Of a stretch of 64,000 nt of DNA, positions 38,451 to 47,246 are shown in pieces. The translations under genes were made by a program, and so were the position numbers. Below the pieces are notes generated by a model that searched no databases, had not been told where the DNA came from, and was given only the letters and a program-made list of their open reading frames with translations. The first letter of the stretch is position 1. Each line of letters starts with the position of its first letter. This DNA is from a virus, in IMG/VR virus record IMGVR_UViG_3300031649_000001, positions 1 through 64,000 of that record; one strand, written 5' to 3'.

Positions 38451-41400
38451 CCCGTGGCTCTCGGAACGCATGCGGGAGTACACGCACATCCGCCGGGCCG
38501 AAGCCACCCTGTACCCGGCCATCCGCGACGCCGTGGAGGCGTTCCTCACCGAGGCCCGCCAGGGTCCGCTGGCTGCGCTGACGGCCGCCGCCGGAGACGA
38601 CGACACCAACCCGGCAGGCATCCCCTCCGAGGCCACCTGGCGGCGCATCCTGGACCGCTTCGTCCTGGGGCCCACCCGCTCCCTGTGGCGCGGCTCCTTC
38701 GGCCGCGTCACCAACCGCGCAGATGACACGCCCGACGACGACGACGGCCACGGCGCCGGACTCGGCGACCGCCTCGCCGGGTTCCGGCGCGTCTTCGCCG
38801 ACCGGCTGCTCCGCGCCCTCCTGCACCGGCCGCGCGGCGAAACCCCCCAGCAGCTCCAGGCCCGCCTGGCCGCCCTGATGACGCTGGAGGAGTGGGACGG
38901 CCAGGTCATGACCATGACCCGCACCGAGACCATGACCGCCCTCAACGCCGGAGCGGCACACGGCGCGCTCGCCGAACAGGAGCGCACCGGCCAGCCGTGG
39001 GAGAAGCGCTGGCAGTCCACCCCCGACCAGCGCGTACGCGAGACCCACCGCCACGCCGACGGCCAGATCCGCCCGCTGGCGGACCCGTTCGAGATCGGCG
39101 GCCACCGCCTCCAGTTCCCCGGCGACCCGCTCGGCCCCGCAGGCGAGGTCATCAACTGCCGCTGTAGCGCCCGCTACGGGCCCGCCGGAGAACCCGCCCT
39201 CACCGCCGCCTCAGCACCACTGGAGGAGCCCATGACCACGCCCACCGTCACCGAGACAGGACCCGTGACCGTGGAGCCCAGCGGCCGGTGGCGCGGCGTG
39301 CTCGGCTTCATGGACGAGTGGTCCGCGGACCAGCGAATGCTGGCCACCCCCGAGGAAGGCGTACGCGCCCGCCCGCTCCCGCTGCCGCTCCTGGTCCAGG
39401 GCACCCTGGCCAAGGGCCACGACGGCTCCGAACTCGGCGTCGGCGTCGTCGACCGCATCTGGACCGAGGGCACCGCCGTATGGGGCGAAGGCCGCTTCGA
39501 CATGGAGGACCCCATCGGCCGGGCACTGGCCCGCAAGGTCGGCCTCGGGTTCATCCGCTTCGTGTCGCTGGACGTGGACGACGCCACCGCCCACCAGGTC
39601 CTCCTCAAGGAGGACGGCACGATCGTGCAGGACGGCAACCCCAACGACCCCACCCTCATGATCGGCGACGTGTACGACGGCTGGCGCGTCATGGGCGCCA
39701 CCCTCCTCGCTCACCCCGCGTTCCCCAACGCCGCCATCGCCCTCGCTGACGAGAACGGCCAGGCCCTCACCGCCTCCGCGCTCGGCGCGGAGTTCGAGGA
39801 GATCGTGGGCTACAACCCCGAGTGGGGGTGTGTGAAGCAGGACGAGACCGGCGCCTGGACGGAGGCCGACTGCCAGGACCCGGACGCCGTCCCCGCCAAC
39901 CCCACCGGCGACGGCCCGTTCGACCCCGAGCAGGGCCAGGGCGAGATCCCGGCCGCCCCGGAAGAGGTGGCCGTCGCCACTGACGACTCCCAGGAGCCCA
40001 CTGAGGACGACGCCACCGACCCGGCGGACGATGTCCCCGAGGACATCGCGGCGGACGACGAGCAGGCCGCTGAGGAGCTTGACCCCGACGCCGACGCCCC
40101 GGCCGGAGAAGTCCCCGACGAGGGCGCCCCCCTGGACGAGGTCCCGTGCGTGGTGCCGACCGAAGACGGCACGGGGTGGGTGGCCGCGCCGTGTGACGCC
40201 CCCGGCGCCGTACCCGCCAACGCCACCGGCGACGGCCCCGCCGAACAGGGCGACGGCCTGGAGCTGGCCGTCACCCTCGCCGAAGAAGACGCCGCCAGCC
40301 CGGCAGCCCAGTCGGGCCCCACGCACGCCGGGCTGGCGGTCACCGCGCAGGACACCGGCCGGGTGCTGCTGCTCCAGCGCGCCCTGTCCGACGAGGACCC
40401 CGCCGCCGGGATGTGGGAGTTCCCCGGCGGCGGCATTGAGGAGGGCGAGACCCCCGAGGACGCCGCGTACCGGGAGTTCGCCGAGGAGACCGGCTTCGAT
40501 CTGCGCGGATCGGGCGAGGTGGTCGACTCGTGGACGTCGGAGAACGGCGTCTACCAGTGCTTCGTGATCCTGGTGCCCACCGAGGCCGAGGTCGGCATCA
40601 ACATGGACGCCGAAGACCGCCACGTTCTCAACCCCGACGACCCCGACAGCGACAGCATCGAGGTCGTGGCGTGGTGGACGCCGGAGAACCTGGCCGACAT
40701 GGGCGCCCTGCGCGAGGAGGTCAAGGAGACCCCCTGGGAGAAGATCACCGGCGCCCGTCAGGCCCCCGCCGCCGCCCCGGAAGAGGTGGCCGCCGCCGTG
40801 GTGGAAGCGGCCGAGGCCATCGCCCAGGAGGCCAGTGAGCCCCCGGCCGGGTGCGAGCCGTGCCAGGCCGTCGCCATCACCGCCTCCGCCACGGACACCT
40901 TCGCCCCCGGCTGGATGCCGCCCGCCGAATGGTTCGAGCCCCCCCAGGGGGGCGGCGGCGCCTGGTCCGTCCGCGTGGATGTGGAGACCGGCCAGGTGGC
41001 GGGCTACCTGGCCCCGTGGGGCGGCTGCCACGTCGGCTTCAAGGACCGCTGCGTGCCGCCGCCCCGCTCCGCCTCCGGCTACGGCTACTACAACATCCGC
41101 CCCGTCCGCACCAGCGGCGGCACCGTGTACTGCGGCCTGATCACCATGAACACCGGGCACGCCAAGCCGCACGACACCGCGACCACCGCCATGGCCCACT
41201 ACGACCACACCGGCACCCAGGCCGCCGTGATCCGCGTCGGCGAAGACGCCCACGGCATCTGGGTGGCCGGGGCGGTCCTGCCCTTCGTCAGCCAGGAAGA
41301 CCGCCTCCGCCTCTCCCTGTCCTCCCTCTCCGGCGACTGGCGCGAGGTACGCGGCGGCGCCGAGCTGATCGCCGCGCTCGCCGTCAACTCGCCGGGCTTC

Positions 41401-42072
41401 CCCCTCGCCGTCAAGAAGACCGGCACCGACGGCCAGTTCTACTCGCTGACGGCCGCCGGGTTCTTCCCCGAGGAGAAGGAGCCGGAGCTGACCGTGGCCG
41501 CCACGGACGACAGCGCGTTCGTGGCGTCCGGCAGCGCGCAGTCCTTCGAGCTGCGCACGGCGGAGCCTCTCGACCTGGCCTCCGCCGTCGCCGACGAGCT
41601 GGAAGGCCGCGCCGCCCGCCGCCAGCGCGCCGCCTCCCTGGGCGACCGCATGACCGCCTTCCGCGAGACCGCCAGCCAGCGCCGCGCGGTCGAGCTGGCC
41701 CGCCGCACCGAGCTGGCCAAGGGGAAGATCCGGGGCCTCAAGCCCCAGCCCAAGACCGAAGTCCCCATGCCCCTGGCCGGGTTCGGCGGGCTCCCGGTCC
41801 CCTCCAACCAGGACATCGCCCTCGCGAAGAACTGGGTCGACGAACAGGGCGGCCTCCCGTCCTACATCAAGCGCATCACCGACCACCTCACCGCCAAGGG
41901 CATGGACACCAGCCGGGCCATCGCCACGGCGGTGAACGCCGCGAAGAAGATGTGCGCCTCCGGCGATCTCAACTGGCCCGGCATCCAGTCCGTGAACCCC
42001 GGCAGCAAGGCCGAGGCGTGCGCGGCGGTCCAGAAGTGGGAGGCCATGAAGGCCGCCGCGAGGGCCAGCTGA
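38437..42072 (+). CDS. MuF minor head / capsid maturation protease / NUDIX polyprotein
   Basis: MuF motifs KRWQS..DQRVRETH..ADGQ and FPGDP...EVINCRC; protease-like LPLPL...GATL; Nudix box GGGIEEGETPEDAAYREFAEETG; SLSGDWR domain. Confidence 0.85.
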   Translation: MPTPDPWLSERMREYTHIRRAEATLYPAIRDAVEAFLTEARQGPLAALTAAAGDDDTNPAGIPSEATWRRILDRFVLGPTRSLWRGSFGRVTNRADDTPDDDDGHGAGLGDRLAGFRRVFADRLLRALLHRPRGETPQQLQARLAALMTLEEWDGQVMTMTRTETMTALNAGAAHGALAEQERTGQPWEKRWQSTPDQRVRETHRHADGQIRPLADPFEIGGHRLQFPGDPLGPAGEVINCRCSARYGPAGEPALTAASAPLEEPMTTPTVTETGPVTVEPSGRWRGVLGFMDEWSADQRMLATPEEGVRARPLPLPLLVQGTLAKGHDGSELGVGVVDRIWTEGTAVWGEGRFDMEDPIGRALARKVGLGFIRFVSLDVDDATAHQVLLKEDGTIVQDGNPNDPTLMIGDVYDGWRVMGATLLAHPAFPNAAIALADENGQALTASALGAEFEEIVGYNPEWGCVKQDETGAWTEADCQDPDAVPANPTGDGPFDPEQGQGEIPAAPEEVAVATDDSQEPTEDDATDPADDVPEDIAADDEQAAEELDPDADAPAGEVPDEGAPLDEVPCVVPTEDGTGWVAAPCDAPGAVPANATGDGPAEQGDGLELAVTLAEEDAASPAAQSGPTHAGLAVTAQDTGRVLLLQRALSDEDPAAGMWEFPGGGIEEGETPEDAAYREFAEETGFDLRGSGEVVDSWTSENGVYQCFVILVPTEAEVGINMDAEDRHVLNPDDPDSDSIEVVAWWTPENLADMGALREEVKETPWEKITGARQAPAAAPEEVAAAVVEAAEAIAQEASEPPAGCEPCQAVAITASATDTFAPGWMPPAEWFEPPQGGGGAWSVRVDVETGQVAGYLAPWGGCHVGFKDRCVPPPRSASGYGYYNIRPVRTSGGTVYCGLITMNTGHAKPHDTATTAMAHYDHTGTQAAVIRVGEDAHGIWVAGAVLPFVSQEDRLRLSLSSLSGDWREVRGGAELIAALAVNSPGFPLAVKKTGTDGQFYSLTAAGFFPEEKEPELTVAATDDSAFVASGSAQSFELRTAEPLDLASAVADELEGRAARRQRAASLGDRMTAFRETASQRRAVELARRTELAKGKIRGLKPQPKTEVPMPLAGFGGLPVPSNQDIALAKNWVDEQGGLPSYIKRITDHLTAKGMDTSRAIATAVNAAKKMCASGDLNWPGIQSVNPGSKAEACAAVQKWEAMKAAARAS

Positions 42073-42278
42073 TGGCCATGAGCAAGAAGGACTACTGGGC
42101 CATCGCCAACGCGGTGGCCGACACGAAGCGCTGGCTGGGTGACGACGACGAAGCCGGGCACGCCGCCCTGTCGTCCGTCACCCGGCAGCTCGCGAGCGCC
42201 TGCGCCCGCCAGTACCGGGGCGGCTACGGCTTCAACCGCTCCTTGTTCCTTGAGGCCTGCGGATACCCGCAGGACTGA
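42072..42278 (+). CDS. small hypothetical phage protein
   Basis: MS.KDY.AIA...FNRSLFLEACG. Confidence 0.6.
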   Translation: MAMSKKDYWAIANAVADTKRWLGDDDEAGHAALSSVTRQLASACARQYRGGYGFNRSLFLEACGYPQD

Positions 42279-42301
42279 CCGCACCACCGTGGGAGAGACG
42301 A

Positions 42302-42799
42302 ATGCCGACCAGCACCGACGATGAGGTCATCCCCGCAGAGCTCAACAAGGGGCACCTCATCCCCGCCACGTACGAGGGCACCCTGCGTACGTTCCTCATG
42401 CTCAACCGCGACCAGGTCCCCGTCGCCTCCGGCGCCATGTTCACCGACGGCCGCATCGTCGTCATGTCGCAGACCGGCCGCACCTGCCACCGGTACGCCA
42501 ACACCGGCGCCCTGATGGAGGACTGGTGGGGCAAGGGGATGCTGCTGTGGTGTCTGGAGCGCGGCGGCCTCGACTACGACGTGGCGCCGCGCCGGTTCAT
42601 CTACGAGCGGACCGAGGACGAGACCGGCACCAGCGGTGAGGGCATCGCCGTGGAGGGCGTGGTCTTCCCCCACGGGGGCGTGGTGCTCATGTGGCTGGGC
42701 GAGGTCCGCTCGATCGTGGAGTGGTCGTCGATCGAAGAGGCCCTGGGCATCAGCGGCCACGAGGGGCGGACCCGGGTGAAGTGGCTCGACCCTGCCTGA
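42302..42799 (+). CDS. hypothetical actinophage protein
   Basis: SG.G.AVEGVVF..G.V...W; a degenerate copy of the motif lies in the N-half. Confidence 0.65.
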   Translation: MPTSTDDEVIPAELNKGHLIPATYEGTLRTFLMLNRDQVPVASGAMFTDGRIVVMSQTGRTCHRYANTGALMEDWWGKGMLLWCLERGGLDYDVAPRRFIYERTEDETGTSGEGIAVEGVVFPHGGVVLMWLGEVRSIVEWSSIEEALGISGHEGRTRVKWLDPA

Positions 42800-42967
42800 T
42801 CCACGCGGATCAGACGGCCCCCCAGCCTCCCAACAGGTTGTGACTCCGATACGACGCCGGGGGGCCACCCGACAGACCCGCACACAGGGCGCCTTCTTGC
42901 CGTCCCGCTCTGTGCCCGGTTGCACACCGAACGTTAGCGGCCCGGCGCGGCCGGTGAAGGAGGAACC

Positions 42968-43171
42968 ATGGGTTGCAATTGCGGAGGCCGCCGGGGAGCG
43001 GTCGCCTCCACGGTGATGGCCGGAGGCACGGCGAAGGTGTTCCGGCTGACCCACCCCAACGGGGCCACGGTCGACTACTGGACCGAGCTCGCCGCCGAGA
43101 AGGCACAGGAGGCCACCCCCGGCTCCTCCTACCAGGCCGTCGACCACCGCACCGGGCAGCCGATCACGTGA
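42968..43171 (+). CDS. small MGCNCGG-type protein
   Basis: AAGGAGG RBS; MGCNCGG N-terminus typical of actinophage structural regions. Confidence 0.65.
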   Translation: MGCNCGGRRGAVASTVMAGGTAKVFRLTHPNGATVDYWTELAAEKAQEATPGSSYQAVDHRTGQPIT

Positions 43172-43374
43172 TGAACCTGTTCTGGTTCTGGTTCTGCGGC
43201 GCCGTGGCGATGGCGGCGCTCGGGCCGTCGCCCGCGTGGCTGGCCTCCGGCTTCCAGGAGACCGGCGGCAAGGACCTGCCCCCGGCCAAGCGCTGGACAC
43301 TGTGGGGAGTCATGGTCGTGGGCTGGCCCGCAGCCCTGGTGTGGTTTGCCCGCGACGCCATGTACGGCCGCTAG
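43171..43374 (+). CDS. small membrane protein
   Basis: Two hydrophobic segments. Confidence 0.5.
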   Translation: MNLFWFWFCGAVAMAALGPSPAWLASGFQETGGKDLPPAKRWTLWGVMVVGWPAALVWFARDAMYGR

Positions 43375-44018
43375 ACTGGCGGCGCGTACTCCGGTCGTGC
43401 GGACGACGCTCCACCGGCCGCCCCCGGCCCACCGCCGGGGGCGTTCGCACGTCCCCGCAGCGTCGGGTGCTCCTGCCACTCGCCGATCAGCCCCTCGAAC
43501 TCCGGATGACCCGCGCCCCACTTCGCGCGCATCGAATCACCCAGGCTTCCATCCGCGCGGATCGGCCGGAACCACACCTCGCCCAGGCTCACCCGCGTCA
43601 CCTGGCACAGCATCGGCTCCCCGTCCCAGCCCGTCAGCCGCGCATGCCGGAACCGCGCCCGCACATACGGCACCGCCGACACCCCGTTACGGTCCGTGGG
43701 CCGCTCCAGCGCACGCCACTCCCGCTCCTTCACCGGCTCCGGCGCAGGCTCCGCCTCCTCGGCAATGTCCTCCGGCGCGGCCAGCGGCCACAGCCCCAGC
43801 GCCCGGTTCAGCGACCCGCCCGGCAGCGGACGCCCGGCCTGAGCCGTGACGCGCTGCGTCCCGTACCGCCAGCCGTACGCGGACGGCCGCGCCCGACGGT
43901 GTCCCCGCCGGGCGCGCTCCACCTGGGAGGCCGCCCCCTGAGCGCTGGCGTACGGACCCAGCAGCAGCACCGGCCCCCCGCCGGGCGGCTCCCCGACCAC
44001 GTAGTGCCCCTCGCTCAC
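43371..44018 (-). CDS. hypothetical protein
   Basis: Last gene of a coupled minus-strand operon. Confidence 0.6.
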   Translation of the reverse strand: MSEGHYVVGEPPGGGPVLLLGPYASAQGAASQVERARRGHRRARPSAYGWRYGTQRVTAQAGRPLPGGSLNRALGLWPLAAPEDIAEEAEPAPEPVKEREWRALERPTDRNGVSAVPYVRARFRHARLTGWDGEPMLCQVTRVSLGEVWFRPIRADGSLGDSMRAKWGAGHPEFEGLIGEWQEHPTLRGRANAPGGGPGAAGGASSARPEYAPPV

Positions 44019-45223
44019 CAGTCCATCGTCTCCTCACGTACCCGCTGCGCCTCGCGCTCGCGGATCTCCTTCTCCTTCGCCCGGCCCAGGTTCGCGAGCT
44101 TCACGTCCCGGTGGCCGGACGGGTCGCTCCGCTGCGGGTTCACGGGGATGATGCCGGTGCCCGGCTCCTGGCCCTCCTCCAGCAGCTCCCGCTTCGTCCA
44201 GTACGGGTCAATCCAACGGACCGACCGCAGCGACCGCTTGGGCCCGTGGGGAACGCTCTTGTAGTGACCGGCGCGGTGCTGCGGCCCGTACTCCACACCG
44301 GTCGGCTCGGACACCCCGCCCCGGTCCCGCGTCTGCTCCTGCTGCGCGCGCATCCGGTTGGCGTGCAGCGCCGGACCCACATGCCAGCCCACGCGGACAT
44401 AGAACGGGTCACGCGGCGGCGCCTGCGGCTTCCGGCCCTTGGGCGTCGGCGGCGGCGCGGGCTCCTCCATGTCCCGGTTGTCACAGCACAGGTACGTCAT
44501 GATCGACATGAACCCCGGCAGGATCTGCCGGACCATCTTCATCTCGTCGCCGTCGCTGTGCGTGTTGTGCCAGGTGTTCGTGTGGTCGATGACGTCGTCC
44601 ATGGTGAACGGGTCGTCGGTGGACGGCAGCACGAACAGCGGGGTGGCTACGTCCTCGTACCACTCCGGGCCCCGGGAGTCCTCCCACTCCACCCACGGCA
44701 TGACCGACAGCCCCTCCGACCGCCGGTCCGTGGTCGGGCAGAACGCCTCCCGCCCCACCCGGCCGGTGAGGAAGTACGCCCGGATCAGGCCGGTGGTCCC
44801 GTTGTTGGAGCGGAACGGCCACGGCCGGGGCAGCGGCACCATCGGGCTGATGTGGGGCAACCGGGAGAACAGCCCGCCGGGCAGCTTGCCCTTCAGGTCG
44901 GCCCGGTAGAGCTGGGCCGCCATCTCCGGGTTGATGTCGTAGGCGATCCGCCCCTGCTGCCGCCAGATGTCCACGATGGCGTTCCGCGAGACGTGGTCAT
45001 TGACCGCGATCACGTCTTCCACGCCGATCTTCTCGATGAGCGACCGGCCCCACTGTGCCGGTTCGCCCCGGCGCAGCCTGCGTACGTTCTCGCTGGCCTG
45101 CGGGATGCCCCCCAGGTCGGACGACAGCCGGTTCGTGGACGCGAGGATGCGCTCCACCGCGTCGTTGGTCTCCGCCGCCCGGCGCATCCGCACCGACGCC
45201 CTACCCGCGCTCTTCTTCCCCAT
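44015..45223 (-). CDS. hypothetical protein, paralog of 3228-4472 (AcrVA2-like C-terminus)
   Basis: LF.RL.H..P, YLCC...E, GW.VG.A and PQHRAGHYK...RWIDPYW. Confidence 0.6.
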   Translation of the reverse strand: MGKKSAGRASVRMRRAAETNDAVERILASTNRLSSDLGGIPQASENVRRLRRGEPAQWGRSLIEKIGVEDVIAVNDHVSRNAIVDIWRQQGRIAYDINPEMAAQLYRADLKGKLPGGLFSRLPHISPMVPLPRPWPFRSNNGTTGLIRAYFLTGRVGREAFCPTTDRRSEGLSVMPWVEWEDSRGPEWYEDVATPLFVLPSTDDPFTMDDVIDHTNTWHNTHSDGDEMKMVRQILPGFMSIMTYLCCDNRDMEEPAPPPTPKGRKPQAPPRDPFYVRVGWHVGPALHANRMRAQQEQTRDRGGVSEPTGVEYGPQHRAGHYKSVPHGPKRSLRSVRWIDPYWTKRELLEEGQEPGTGIIPVNPQRSDPSGHRDVKLANLGRAKEKEIREREAQRVREETMDW

Positions 45224-45644
45224 GACCCCCCTCTTCCATCTGCGCGGATCGGGCCGCGTCCTCCCGTTCCCAGCGCTCCACCTCGGACGGGAGCGCGTAC
45301 AGGATGTCGGCCATCCGGGTCGGGCGCTCCCGGCCGACGGCCGCCCACTCCGTACGCGGGCGCCCCACCACGGAGCCGTCCGCCACCATCTCCGCCAGCA
45401 GCTCCCGCAGCCGGTTGCGCTTGAGCGCCCGGCCCACGTGCCCCAGCGGCAGCGACAGCCCACGCAACTCGGCGATGCGTTCGGCGACTTCGAAGTCCGT
45501 CCACGGCGTCTCGTTCACGCCGAACGGGTCCGGGTTGTCCGGAGGAGCGTACGGGTTGGGCGGCTGGGGGCCGACGGCCGCCAGCACATCCTCCCGGGTG
45601 GCCTCGTACCGCTGGTCGGAATGCTCACTACGCGGCACCGGCAC
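45201..45644 (-). CDS. hypothetical protein
   Basis: Coupled ORF. Confidence 0.55.
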   Translation of the reverse strand: MPVPRSEHSDQRYEATREDVLAAVGPQPPNPYAPPDNPDPFGVNETPWTDFEVAERIAELRGLSLPLGHVGRALKRNRLRELLAEMVADGSVVGRPRTEWAAVGRERPTRMADILYALPSEVERWEREDAARSAQMEEGGHGEEERG

Positions 45645-45843
45645 TCACCTCCGCCGCGTGCTGCTCCACCAGGTCGCGCGCCATGGTCTCGCTCCAGCCC
45701 TCCCACCCGGCCACCAGCGACACCAGCGCGTCGGCCGCCGACCGGGCCTCCCCGCAGTAACGGCACCGCGTGGGGTTGGCCGGGGCGTACGCGTGCCACG
45801 GGCTGTGCGCACACATCCATCCCTCGGGCTTGCCGATCGCCAT
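45628..45843 (-). CDS. small Cys/His hypothetical protein
   Basis: CAH..WH...CRYC. Confidence 0.5.
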   Translation of the reverse strand: MAIGKPEGWMCAHSPWHAYAPANPTRCRYCGEARSAADALVSLVAGWEGWSETMARDLVEQHAAEVSAGAA

Positions 45844-46544
45844 CAGTGCGTCGCCTCGTCTGCGGCCTGCGGCGCCGGGGCGGCCTCCCTGGCCTGCTGC
45901 GGGCTCTCGCTGTCCGTCTTGATCTCCTTCCACTCCCCGCCGTCCAGCGGGCGCGCCAGCAGGTCATACAGCCACCACTGCCACGTCGGGGAGGTGTGGG
46001 GGTCGTAGTCCGGGTTGCGGCGCCCGCGCTGGATCTTCCAGTGCCGTCCGTGGCCCCGAGCGTTCCACTTGCCGTCACCGTGATGCACCCAGATCATCTC
46101 CGGTGCTTCCTCGGCGAGCAGCGCGCGCCCCTCCGCCGTGCCCACGCCCTCGGCGAGCAGGGCCCCGTCGGCGCGGTAGACGTCCCACGCGCGCAGGTTG
46201 CCGCCCGGCCGCGCGTCCATGTGCCCGCCCGCCAGGGTGAGCCGCGAGTCGTTGTGGGCGTAGGTCTCCGCGCCCGTGTCACCGAGCGGCTTCATCTCCA
46301 CCACCGCGACGACATCGTCCGGGCCGTAGGAGTGCTTTACCTTCGCGTACCGCCCGTTCTTCTCGTTCCATTCACGCGTGGTGATCGTGACCCAGCCGTC
46401 GGCGTCGAACGTGACGGCCTCGGCCTTGAGGAAGCTGGCGCCGCTCGGCGTGCTGTCGTCCGGCCAGTACCGGCGCACCAGGTGCGCGCCCTCGGTGATG
46501 CGGTCACGCAGGCGGGTGACGGTGTCCTCGGTGAAGTGCGGCAT
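45843..46544 (-). CDS. hypothetical protein
   Basis: AGGAG RBS, GC3 bias. Confidence 0.7.
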   Translation of the reverse strand: MPHFTEDTVTRLRDRITEGAHLVRRYWPDDSTPSGASFLKAEAVTFDADGWVTITTREWNEKNGRYAKVKHSYGPDDVVAVVEMKPLGDTGAETYAHNDSRLTLAGGHMDARPGGNLRAWDVYRADGALLAEGVGTAEGRALLAEEAPEMIWVHHGDGKWNARGHGRHWKIQRGRRNPDYDPHTSPTWQWWLYDLLARPLDGGEWKEIKTDSESPQQAREAAPAPQAADEATH

Positions 46545-46613
46545 GGCGGGTCTCCTGTGTTCTATCTGCGGGGATGGGGGAGGGGCGGCCGGTCGGCCGC
46601 CCCTGGGAGTGGA

Positions 46614-47018
46614 TCAGACGTAGTACTCGTGGCCGCCCGTGCCGTAGTCGTAGCCACCGAAGGCGGCGGCGCGGCGCTCATCCTCGTCGACCTCCCAGCG
46701 GTACTGGTCGTTGGTCTCAAGGTGGCGCTCGTACGCCGTCTCGGCGTCGTACTCGGCCTGGTAGGCGGCGCGCTCCTCTGCGGCTTCGCGCTGGGCGTAC
46801 TGGTCCTTGTAGTCGGCCCAGTCGGCGTTCCAGTCGCGCTCCGGCTCGGGGGCGAACAGGTCGGCTCCGGCCTGACGGCGGGCGCGCATCTCGCGGGCCG
46901 CCTTGTGGGTGCGCTCCACGTGGATCTTGACCTCGTAGCCCGACTCGTAGCACGGCTCGTTCGGCGCGGACTGGCAGGTGGGGCAGTAGAACAGCATCGC
47001 GGCGACGACGGCGGCCAT
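46614..47018 (-). CDS. zinc-finger protein with acidic/aromatic tail
   Basis: CPTCQSAPNEPC...H.ER; AGGAG RBS; first gene after the IR promoter. Confidence 0.65.
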   Translation of the reverse strand: MAAVVAAMLFYCPTCQSAPNEPCYESGYEVKIHVERTHKAAREMRARRQAGADLFAPEPERDWNADWADYKDQYAQREAAEERAAYQAEYDAETAYERHLETNDQYRWEVDEDERRAAAFGGYDYGTGGHEYYV

Positions 47019-47063
47019 CTTGGGGCTCCTCGGCTCGGTGGTGGTGGGGGCGTCTGCCCCCTT

Positions 47064-47115
47064 GCGAGACACGAAGTTATCACGACGGGGTGGCGCGCGC
47101 AAACTCTGTGTCACA
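47064..47115 (-). promoter_or_regulatory. IR-family promoter driving the leftward operon
   Basis: On the minus strand: GTGACACAGAGT-TTGCGC-17 bp-TAACTT-CGTGTCTCGC. Confidence 0.7.
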
Positions 47116-47246
47116 TCTGGCACCTGATCCACGCGGATAAGAGCCCGCTTGAGCACGAAGCGTGAGCGGTCGGCTACTCTACGTAGAACGCTCTGCTGGT
47201 TGATGGGCCGAGGGCACGGTAACGAGATCCCGAGAGGGCCCATGCC

